In this document: positions 8,315 through 16,675 of the stretch, in pieces
Position numbering within the stretch: position 1 is the first letter of the stretch
Layout: every line of letters starts with the position of its first letter
DNA from: an uncultured virus (IMG/VR IMGVR_UViG_3300020469_000013)
Taxonomy: Duplodnaviria; Heunggongvirae; Uroviricota; Caudoviricetes; Kyanoviridae
Strand: one strand, 5' to 3'
DNA: 64,000 bases
Virus record (IMG/VR): IMGVR_UViG_3300020469_000013
Made by a program: the position numbers and the translations under genes
The notes under the pieces: generated by a model
The model's database searches: none
Seen by the model: the letters and a program-made list of their open reading frames with translations, nothing else
Told to the model about the DNA's origin: nothing

Positions 8315-8614
8315 TCAATCTCTTTGCCTCCAGTCATCTGACCTTTCTTGATGAAACCAGTCCACCACTTCTTCTGGACTTCCGAAACCCCTGCGGTGGT
8401 TACTTGAATCGGGGTCTCCTATATTCAAGTTATTCAGAAAAGACTCGTCTGGATTCGTTGCCATTTTCCTTGCTGTTTGCAGCATCCCTCTTGCACTCGT
8501 ATTTGCTTTTGACAGTTTTTCTGCCCAGATCATGTCGTCTAGACTAACATCGGTTCCTGCAGCGATATCCTTACAGATTGCTGCTAACCTCAAACGATAT
8601 TGAGTGGAAAGCAT
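8315..8614 (-). CDS. Conserved cyanophage hypothetical protein
   Basis: MLSTQYRLRL..IC..I...LDDMIWAEKL...DDWRQRD. Confidence 0.8.
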   Translation of the reverse strand: MLSTQYRLRLAAICKDIAAGTDVSLDDMIWAEKLSKANTSARGMLQTARKMATNPDESFLNNLNIGDPDSSNHRRGFGSPEEVVDWFHQERSDDWRQRD

Positions 8615-8641
8615 AAGGTCAATATATTTAATTTTTTTTAT

Positions 8642-8989
8642 TTATAGTGACATTCTAAATTTGGCATAAGGTATAGATCTGGCATCTGAAATTTCACTAG
8701 ATAGCACGAGATGCATTTGTCCCAAAACCTCTTCCCAAGTATAATTTCTCATTGTACTCCAGTGATAATTAAATCCCTTGAATCCCCATCTTTGAACTTC
8801 AGTACAGGCTATTAAAGGAAATTCATCATACCTAATGTTGGGTGTCTTTGCTCTGTATATAAAAGTATAAAAATTTCCTGGTTCAGGAACAATTTCTATA
8901 TCTGTTAACGCTTCTGTAATTTTTAACATGAGATCATCTGGTTCTTCTAAACCATTCATCTCATCAATTATAGGTTGTAATCTACTCAT
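8642..8989 (-). CDS. gp2-like DNA end protector (short form)
   Basis: PGNFYTFIYRAKTP..YDEFPLI...GFKGFNYHW; adjacent to gp4. Confidence 0.55.
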   Translation of the reverse strand: MSRLQPIIDEMNGLEEPDDLMLKITEALTDIEIVPEPGNFYTFIYRAKTPNIRYDEFPLIACTEVQRWGFKGFNYHWSTMRNYTWEEVLGQMHLVLSSEISDARSIPYAKFRMSL

Positions 8990-9420
8990 ACTCCTAAATG
9001 ATCCTCTGTCAAAATTTTAAAAGTTAAACTCCTATCAAGACAATATTCTTTTGCTGCTTTCCACTTTGCTTGATTCTTAGCATATTCATATACTTCACGG
9101 ACATATGCCTTAGTTTTTCTCTTTTTAATTTGTGGTTCTATACATTGCTTCTTTGGTTTAACCTCTATAATATACTTTTTAATCTGACCAGTGTTCTCAC
9201 GAACTTTAATATAAAAGTCTGGAAAATACCTATGAATACGATTATCCAAAGGACTACGATATGGGATAATTACCTCTTCACTACCCCATTCTAGTATGTT
9301 CGGGTTCTTATCACAATACTTCATAAATTTGCGTTCCCACAAACTACGATAAATAATGTTTAGATGGTTCCCTCTATACTTTTCAATATTAATAGGTCTG
9401 AACTTACCTGAATAAGCCAT
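8986..9420 (-). CDS. gp4: Head completion nuclease gp4
   Basis: YSGKFRP..KYRG, YRSLWE, WGSEE..IPY, HRYFPDF, IEVKP, NQAKWKAA. Confidence 0.92.
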   Translation of the reverse strand: MAYSGKFRPINIEKYRGNHLNIIYRSLWERKFMKYCDKNPNILEWGSEEVIIPYRSPLDNRIHRYFPDFYIKVRENTGQIKKYIIEVKPKKQCIEPQIKKRKTKAYVREVYEYAKNQAKWKAAKEYCLDRSLTFKILTEDHLGV

Positions 9421-9448
9421 CGTACTATAACCGCTTTAGGTATTTATT

Positions 9449-10255
9449 GTGTCAAGAGATGGATCGCCAAGATTAAGAAGAACTTCCGACATCTTACCGT
9501 TGTTTACAAAAGTAGCAACAACAAGTCATTACGAGTTATCATTTCCAGCATTGCCTTGGCAATTGTTGAACTATATCAAGATGAATAGTAATGATCTAAT
9601 CGATAATTCATTTGTTTTTAGAGATTTAGGTTTATTGTGTAAGAATGCACAGTTACCAGGAACTGCATATGCTACAGCTCAGATCAATGGTAACTATATG
9701 GGTATTAATCAAAAGTATGCTCATACAAGAATATATACAGACTCAGCATTTACTTTCATAGTTGATGATGATTATAGAGTAATTAAGTTCTTTGAACTAT
9801 GGCAAGAATTTATTTCAAGTGGATCAGATAGTAATAGAAGTAGAAAAGCTTTTTATCATAGAATGAAGTTTCCTGCAGAATATAAATGTGATACAATGCG
9901 TCTTCAAAAATTTGATAAGAATCATGGTGCTAGTGTAGAATATACATTCCTCAGTGCATTTCCTGTCAACATTACTCCTGTTTCAGTTAGTTATGATCAA
10001 AGTCAAATTTTAGAAATATCAGTATCATTTGCTTATGATAGATACTTCTTTGGTAATCTTAGAAGACAGGATACAAGAAGCAATCAAAATAGTGGTATGG
10101 CAACCAATCCTTATCCTAAAGATTTCTTAGATCATGCTGGTAATGCTGTAGGTATGGATAAGACTACAAAAATAAAGAATGTGGAAGTTGATGTAAAGAG
10201 GGATCAAAATAACGATGCTACTTCAGGGTTTCCAGACGGTCCTTACATAGCATAA
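9449..10255 (+). CDS. Tail tube / baseplate tube initiator (gp54/gp19 fold)
   Basis: LLCKNAQLPG, FFELWQEFI, YTFLSAFP.NI....VSYD, SVSFAYDRY. Confidence 0.7.
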   Translation: MSRDGSPRLRRTSDILPLFTKVATTSHYELSFPALPWQLLNYIKMNSNDLIDNSFVFRDLGLLCKNAQLPGTAYATAQINGNYMGINQKYAHTRIYTDSAFTFIVDDDYRVIKFFELWQEFISSGSDSNRSRKAFYHRMKFPAEYKCDTMRLQKFDKNHGASVEYTFLSAFPVNITPVSVSYDQSQILEISVSFAYDRYFFGNLRRQDTRSNQNSGMATNPYPKDFLDHAGNAVGMDKTTKIKNVEVDVKRDQNNDATSGFPDGPYIA

Positions 10256-10292
10256 TAAATGTGTTATAATATATGGTAGTGTTTATTATTAT

Positions 10293-10979
10293 ATGGGACT
10301 TGCCAAAGATTTAAAAGTAGGAACTAAACAATCTCACTCTGCTGCAGAGAATACTAAGTTTGTTTCTTCCTTCCTTCGTGGTGTAGTAAATAAGGAAAAA
10401 TATGGACAACTTGTTGCCAATTATTATTTCATATATCATACTATAGAATCAGAAGTTAGAAGATTAAAAGAAGATCCTCTTATTGGATCATTAGATATTG
10501 AAGAACTTTATCGTCATGATGCATTAGCAAAGGATTGTGAGTACTTTTTTGGTGCTGACTGGAGAGATAACATTTATCCTTCAAAGGCATGCGAACAATA
10601 CATTAACCGTATTCGTGAGGTTTCTCATGACGAACCAGAACTTCTTATAGGACATCATTATACAAGATATCTTGGAGATCTATCTGGTGGACAGATTCTT
10701 AAGAATATTGCAGAGAAAGCTCTAAAGTTAACTGATGGTGGTCTAGACTTTTATAAGTTCCCTGATATAGACAACAAAAAAGAATTTAAAGACGCATATC
10801 GTGCCACACTAAATAAGTTGCCTGTGACAGAATCACAGGTGTCTGCTATCGTTACTGAAGCAAACTACGCATTTCGTTTGAATATGTACATGTTTGATGA
10901 ACTGGATGGCAATGCGTTCAAATCTGCAGTTGCTTACTTCTGTGGAGTACTTAGAGGAAATACTGATGCCATTACCTAA
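10293..10979 (+). CDS. ho1: Heme oxygenase
   Basis: GTKQSHSAAENT.F, HHYTRYLGDLSGGQIL, EANYAFRLNM. Confidence 0.95.
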   Translation: MGLAKDLKVGTKQSHSAAENTKFVSSFLRGVVNKEKYGQLVANYYFIYHTIESEVRRLKEDPLIGSLDIEELYRHDALAKDCEYFFGADWRDNIYPSKACEQYINRIREVSHDEPELLIGHHYTRYLGDLSGGQILKNIAEKALKLTDGGLDFYKFPDIDNKKEFKDAYRATLNKLPVTESQVSAIVTEANYAFRLNMYMFDELDGNAFKSAVAYFCGVLRGNTDAIT

Positions 10980-11679
10980 AATTGTTACCCCGACCTATAC
11001 GCTGGTTATTCCTTCGTCAGGTAAAAAAATTACATATAGACCTTTCCTAGTCAAAGAAGAAAAAGTTCTTGTTATGGCAATGGAAAGTGATAATATGGAT
11101 CAAGTTGGTAGAGCAATTAAAGATGTTCTAACTGCATGTATCAATACTCGTGGAATTAGAGTAGATAAGTTATCCACATTCGACATTGAATATCTATTCC
11201 TTCATGTTCGTGGTAAGTCTGTTGGTGAAACTATTGAGGTCATGGCAACTTGCCCTGATGATGGTGAAACTAAAGTTGCTATATCAGTAAGTATTGATGA
11301 GATTGGAATTATAGAAAACCCAGAACATAATAAAGATATTAAATTAGATGATAATTTGACTCTCAGGATGAGATATCCGTCTCTCTCTGAATTTGTTAAT
11401 CAAAACTTCGGAGAAAGTGACCAAGTAACTGCATCATTTGAGGTTATTGCTTCTTGTATAGATATGATCTTTACAGATGAAGAAACATGGTCTGCAAAGG
11501 ATCATTCTAAAAAAGAATGGCTTGCGTTTGTAGAGACATTACCATCAAATTCATTTAAGCAGGTGGAGAAGTTTTTCAATACTATGCCTAAACTACAGCA
11601 TTCTGTTATGATTACTAATCCTAATACAAAAGTAGAAAGTGAAGTGAAGTTGGAGGGTTTAGCAGCTTTTTTCAGTTAG
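10966..11679 (+). CDS. gp26: Baseplate hub assembly protein gp26
   Basis: MPLPKI.TPTY.L.IPS..KKI.YRPFLVKEEK, FDIEYLFL..RGKSVGE, FF.TMPKL, EGL..FF. Confidence 0.9.
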   Translation: MPLPKIVTPTYTLVIPSSGKKITYRPFLVKEEKVLVMAMESDNMDQVGRAIKDVLTACINTRGIRVDKLSTFDIEYLFLHVRGKSVGETIEVMATCPDDGETKVAISVSIDEIGIIENPEHNKDIKLDDNLTLRMRYPSLSEFVNQNFGESDQVTASFEVIASCIDMIFTDEETWSAKDHSKKEWLAFVETLPSNSFKQVEKFFNTMPKLQHSVMITNPNTKVESEVKLEGLAAFFS

Positions 11680-11681
11680 CG

Positions 11682-11858
11682 ATGTTGCACCAAGATATCG
11701 TGGCGTATTATAAAATTAATTTCGCCCTGATGCAGCATCATAAATATAGTTTGAGTGATATCGAAAACATGATTCCTTGGGAACGAGATATATACATCAG
11801 TCTCTTGGAACAATATATTGAAGAAGAGAATCTAAAAAACCAACAAGCTAGTGGCTAA
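11682..11858 (+). CDS. gp51: Baseplate hub assembly catalyst gp51
   Basis: Hand translation MLHQDIVAYYKINFALMQHHKYSLSDIENMIPWERDIYISLLEQYIEEEN; absent from ORF track. Confidence 0.85.
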   Translation: MLHQDIVAYYKINFALMQHHKYSLSDIENMIPWERDIYISLLEQYIEEENLKNQQASG

Positions 11859-13612
11859 TGGCGGTAGATCCCAAGAAAGTATTTCCAAAATCTAGTAGAA
11901 CAGATCGACAACGAGCATCTACTGATAGGGATTTTGCTGGAAATTCTTCGGATGAAAAATCAAAAGGTTTTGTAGGACTTAATAAAAATATTTTTGCTAT
12001 TCATAAAAATCTAGGAGCAATTGCTGATTTATTACAAGCACAAGCAAAGAATGAGAAAGCAGAAGATGATGAAGAGATAAAAAAACAACAACAAGAAGAA
12101 GATGCAAAGAAAAAATCTGGGATGGAAAAAGTCCTTGAGGGGGTTTTAAGCAATACAATACTTAAACCAATAGAGAAGATCAAGAAAGTTACAATGGGTG
12201 TTTTTGAACGGTTATTGAAAGTAATGGGTGTATTGGGGATAGGTACGATTGCTATGAAAGGTCTACAGGGTATAGAAGCTTGGATGGACGGAGATAAAAG
12301 TATCCTTAAAAAATTAGCAAGAGATGTTGGAATAGTATTGGCCGCTGCTGGAGGAATATTTCTTGCTGTAAATGTAGGATTACCACTTCTTACTTCTGCA
12401 ATAGGTGGTTTGATAGGTAGTCTTGGAGTAGGTGGATCGTTTAGTGGTATTTTAGCAGCATTGGGTAATCCTTATGTTTGGTTGGGAATTATTGCTGCTG
12501 TTGGTATAGCGTATACAGGAACTGAACTTTATAAAATGTTAAAAGGTGAATATGGTCCTGATTTGGAAGGTGTTGGATCTTATGCTCCTATCAACCAAGA
12601 AGCAATAGAAGAAATTTCTAAAGTTGGTATGAAACAATATCGAATAAATGAACGAGAACGAATTGGTGCTTTACTTGAAGCAAATCCAGAGTTACTGAAT
12701 GATAATGGTGAGATGAAAAATGATGCTCAACTTGGAATTATGAGCATGAGCAATGACGCAGCAAAGTTATTACTGGCTTATAATAATAGACTCAGAATGT
12801 CTAATACTGGTAATTGGGATCAATGGGATGCTGCAAACATGAGTGACAAAGATACGAAATTATTTAACAAGATACCAGATCTTATTACTAATTTTAGAGG
12901 TGAATGGTCTAAGTTTTATTCGTTGGCAAAAGAGATCACTACCTTGATGGATGGTAAAAGAACTATGGATGAGTTGCCACAGTCAATACAAGAGAAAATT
13001 GCAGGTTTAATGAGTACGCAAGAAGGTCATAAGAGTAAGATGATTCAATTTATGGATGAGGTTAAGGCTGCACGAAAAGGCATGTCAAATGACGGTAAAA
13101 ATTATATGGATATGTTCCTAAGAAGACATAATGCTTCTACTTTACTTTATAACACTGATTGGTGGGGTAAAGTAGTAAAACCAGGTCCGATTCTAGATGC
13201 AGTTCAAGTTAAGGAAGGTAATATATCAGGATTAAGGCAGAAAGCTATTTCAACATTTTCTAACTTAGGAGCCTTAAATGAAGATCTTAAGGAGGATATA
13301 GGAAGGATGCCAGAAGGTAAAAACTTTAATTCTACTTCCTCTAACAATCTATCTAAAAATCTAGATCTTAGTTCTACTGCTGCAGCTTTTTCAAATGAAA
13401 AATTAACAACTGCAAATACTCTCTCTAATTATGATAATTTCAGTGATAAGATAAGTGTAGTTCCATTTGATATCAATAGTGAGGACGAATCCAATACTAG
13501 TCTAGTTAATTCTTCTTATTCTGCCAGTACAGAGGTACCCTCTTTTGCTATTACTGACACTGATAATTTTTATAGAGATTTAGCTGGATCTAATTATGGG
13601 GTGTTTGATTAA
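11858..13612 (+). CDS. Long helical tail-associated protein (tape-measure-like / baseplate hub associated)
   Basis: 584 aa, coiled-coil and Gly/Ala-rich hydrophobic segments, directly after gp51. Confidence 0.55.
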   Translation: MAVDPKKVFPKSSRTDRQRASTDRDFAGNSSDEKSKGFVGLNKNIFAIHKNLGAIADLLQAQAKNEKAEDDEEIKKQQQEEDAKKKSGMEKVLEGVLSNTILKPIEKIKKVTMGVFERLLKVMGVLGIGTIAMKGLQGIEAWMDGDKSILKKLARDVGIVLAAAGGIFLAVNVGLPLLTSAIGGLIGSLGVGGSFSGILAALGNPYVWLGIIAAVGIAYTGTELYKMLKGEYGPDLEGVGSYAPINQEAIEEISKVGMKQYRINERERIGALLEANPELLNDNGEMKNDAQLGIMSMSNDAAKLLLAYNNRLRMSNTGNWDQWDAANMSDKDTKLFNKIPDLITNFRGEWSKFYSLAKEITTLMDGKRTMDELPQSIQEKIAGLMSTQEGHKSKMIQFMDEVKAARKGMSNDGKNYMDMFLRRHNASTLLYNTDWWGKVVKPGPILDAVQVKEGNISGLRQKAISTFSNLGALNEDLKEDIGRMPEGKNFNSTSSNNLSKNLDLSSTAAAFSNEKLTTANTLSNYDNFSDKISVVPFDINSEDESNTSLVNSSYSASTEVPSFAITDTDNFYRDLAGSNYGVFD

Positions 13613-15099
13613 TGGCAACCTTAATGCCTACTAAAGGAGATATTACGGAGATTGGGTTTGGTATTCTTGCTATCAGAGAAACTACTCAGGGTATCCGTAA
13701 AGCTTTAGGTAAAGAAATTAAACGAGATAAAAAGGCAACTAAAAAGAAAGAGGGATTTCTCCGAAGATTGTTTACAAAGAAAAAGAAAGCAGAATCGGAA
13801 AAATTAATTGAAGCAAAGAAACCTAAAAATTTAATAGGAAAGGGGGTAGGAGCTGTTGCTGCTGCAGGTAAATCTTTCATGGAGAGAATACTTGGTGCTG
13901 CTGGAGCATTATTAGTTGGATTTCTTGTTGTTAATATACCAAAAATTATTGAAGAGATACAAAAAATTGTTGGATGGTTAAAAAATGTTAAAGAATGGGT
14001 AGATAATATTATTGATAAAGTAAAAGCAGTTAGTAGTGTCATTATAAAGACAGTTAAAGATTGGATATCTGGTATCAAAAAACAGTTTGGATTTGAAGAA
14101 GAGAAAGATGAAGTTGAAAAACAGATGGATGAATTGAATAAATCAGTTGAAACTTTATCTAAAGATTGGAATGCAGATCAAGAAAGACTTAAAAAGGATA
14201 TAGAGAAGGCTGAAAAAGAAGGTAGAGCGTCAGTTGAAGGATTGCCTAAAAATGATCAAGAATTTACTGAAGTGTCTAATGTGAGACAAAACAAGGTAAT
14301 AGAATTGCAACAAAAAAGAGATAGTGGTGAAATAGATGAGAAACAGTATGAAATTGAAGTTAATAAAGTATATGAGATCAATAAAAATGAGAATAATAAA
14401 GATCAGCAAATATTAAAAAATCAAATTGATAGAAATACTATGTCTCCTGCTGAATTCTTTGGGACTAATGAGTTTAGTGATAGTGAAGAAATAGATACTG
14501 ATATCAAACCGATAGATCTTAATACTAATAATAACTCTAATGAATCTGAAATTAAATTAGACAATAAAATTGTTCCTGTAGAAGTTGAAAAAGTAGATAA
14601 TTCTGATACTGACAAAGAGATAGTTGTAAATAAAACCAAAAAGAAAAGAAGTAACATATATCGAAAATCTAGTGCAACAGCAAGATTTACACCACCAGGA
14701 TTTGGATATGATGGATACTCTAAAGAAGAAGCAAAGGAAGAGTTTTTAGCACTTCATCAAAACGATAGCAGATCAACGACGCAAAACTTTGATTATCAAC
14801 AACTTGAGGTACTTCTTCATGATAAATTTAAGGTTAATACAGACGCTATTCAAGTTGAGGGTGCTGATGCAATAAAATTCCTTAAAGGTATGAAGTATGC
14901 TGATGAGATGAATCTAATAGGACCAACTGGTGGTAGAATTGTCACCGTTCCCATTGACATTCCCAAAAAAGAAATAAATACTGGTGGACCAAATAATCTT
15001 GGGGAACTTGATGTTGATAATGAATCTAGTTCTAGTGTTGTTGTAGTTGCAGAAAACCCAATAAAGAAAATTAATCAATTTAATAAACATTTCTCATAA
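13612..15099 (+). CDS. Second long helical tail-associated protein
   Basis: 495 aa, Lys/Glu-rich coiled coil with a hydrophobic segment; in tail module. Confidence 0.55.
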   Translation: MATLMPTKGDITEIGFGILAIRETTQGIRKALGKEIKRDKKATKKKEGFLRRLFTKKKKAESEKLIEAKKPKNLIGKGVGAVAAAGKSFMERILGAAGALLVGFLVVNIPKIIEEIQKIVGWLKNVKEWVDNIIDKVKAVSSVIIKTVKDWISGIKKQFGFEEEKDEVEKQMDELNKSVETLSKDWNADQERLKKDIEKAEKEGRASVEGLPKNDQEFTEVSNVRQNKVIELQQKRDSGEIDEKQYEIEVNKVYEINKNENNKDQQILKNQIDRNTMSPAEFFGTNEFSDSEEIDTDIKPIDLNTNNNSNESEIKLDNKIVPVEVEKVDNSDTDKEIVVNKTKKKRSNIYRKSSATARFTPPGFGYDGYSKEEAKEEFLALHQNDSRSTTQNFDYQQLEVLLHDKFKVNTDAIQVEGADAIKFLKGMKYADEMNLIGPTGGRIVTVPIDIPKKEINTGGPNNLGELDVDNESSSSVVVVAENPIKKINQFNKHFS

Positions 15100-16403
15100 T
15101 GGCAATATCACCGACTGCTGCTTCTATCTTTGAAGAATTTACTATAACTTCGGCTGACGGTAATAAAACTGTCAGTCTTATTGGTGGTATTACTACATTA
15201 CAGTACTTTGAAACTATAATGTCTCCAATGTGTACTGCTAAAGTAGATGTAGTTAATACTGGTAATACTATAGATGGTGGGGGATTATATAATGGTTTAC
15301 CTATTCGTGGTGGAGAGAGAGTATATTACAAAGTAAAGACTCCTGTTGAGGCAGAGGCAGAACAAGAGGAACATCTTGAAAATGTTTTGTATGTTAATAA
15401 GGTAACTAATGTCATATCAGATAAAGGAATTGAGACTTTTACTCTACATCTTGTCTCTAGAGAATCTCTTAGTAATGAACAAAGCAGAGTAACTAAAAAA
15501 TTCTATGGGCAAACTATAGATAAAAGTATTTCTGAGATTGTTAAATTAGTAGAACCTTTAAAGCAAGAAAAATTTGAAGAAACTGAAAACATTTATAATT
15601 TTATTGGTAATTTAAGAAAACCTTTTACTATTATATTATGGTTAGCATCTAAAGCAATTCCTGTAGGAGCAACAAGTAGAAGTGCTGGATTTTTCTTTTG
15701 GCAAACTAGAAAAGGATTTCATTTTAGATCTGTTGAGAATATGATAGAAAAAGCGGTAGAGGAAAAAGATAAATTACAAAAATATTATTATTCTCAATCA
15801 GTAGATCCTTCATTAGAAGATTCTTTGCAAAATGCTACAAAGGTTTTGGCATTTTCAGTTCAAGAGGATTCTGATGTTCTTACTGATTTGCATAGCGGTG
15901 TTAAATCTACATACCGAATATTTTTTAATCCAGTTACTTTTGAATTTACTCAACCACAGAATTCCGTATTTAAAGAAAAACCAGCATCAACTCTAGGAGT
16001 TCCTGAAGAAGAAGAACCTAAGGTTGCTGATCCAGAAAACATTCCAGCCAACATGATGGCTTCTAGAATTATTAGTTCAGTGTATGATGTTGGAACATTG
16101 GATGTAGGTGTATCAACAGCAATTAATTACGATCAAGTCGATAGCACATCACAGGCTATTACAAGATATGGTATGCTATTCAACACACAAGTGACTTTGA
16201 CAGTTCCTACTAACACCACTCTAGTTGCTGGTGATGCTATAATGGTATTCTTCCCTAAGACTACTGATGATGAACCTGTAACAGACGATAGGATTAGTGG
16301 GATATATATTATAAAGGATCTCACTCATTTATTTTTACCTAATGCATCATACACAGCATTAAAAGTTGTTAGGGATACCCACGGACTTTACCCACAAAAA
16401 TAA
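15099..16403 (+). CDS. Baseplate hub protein (gp27-like)
   Basis: YFETIMSP, LPIRGGE, GFFFWQTRKGFHFRSVE, SGIYIIKDLTH; precedes gp5. Confidence 0.6.
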   Translation: MAISPTAASIFEEFTITSADGNKTVSLIGGITTLQYFETIMSPMCTAKVDVVNTGNTIDGGGLYNGLPIRGGERVYYKVKTPVEAEAEQEEHLENVLYVNKVTNVISDKGIETFTLHLVSRESLSNEQSRVTKKFYGQTIDKSISEIVKLVEPLKQEKFEETENIYNFIGNLRKPFTIILWLASKAIPVGATSRSAGFFFWQTRKGFHFRSVENMIEKAVEEKDKLQKYYYSQSVDPSLEDSLQNATKVLAFSVQEDSDVLTDLHSGVKSTYRIFFNPVTFEFTQPQNSVFKEKPASTLGVPEEEEPKVADPENIPANMMASRIISSVYDVGTLDVGVSTAINYDQVDSTSQAITRYGMLFNTQVTLTVPTNTTLVAGDAIMVFFPKTTDDEPVTDDRISGIYIIKDLTHLFLPNASYTALKVVRDTHGLYPQK

Positions 16404-16405
16404 CT

Positions 16406-16675
16406 ATGACTACCAAAGTACCAAATCACGATCTAAACCACGAAGTTTACATAGATCCGAAGGATAAAAAAGAGCATGTTAATCATGGTATGATTGAATA
16501 TACCGAGGAAGATCTCAAGATGCACAATGATGCATTTCATTCCCATGAAGAGGATGAAGAGAATCCTGGTAATGCTAAGATTAATGATTGGCATACAAGA
16601 CATGAAGATAAGCATCTAGAAGTTTATTGTGACAATCATCCAGATTCACTAGAATGTAGAGTATACGACGATTAA
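16406..16675 (+). CDS. cp12: CP12 Calvin-cycle inhibitor with His-rich N-terminus
   Basis: C-terminal LEVYCDNHPDSLECRVYDD is the CP12 Cys-pair signature. Confidence 0.85.
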   Translation: MTTKVPNHDLNHEVYIDPKDKKEHVNHGMIEYTEEDLKMHNDAFHSHEEDEENPGNAKINDWHTRHEDKHLEVYCDNHPDSLECRVYDD

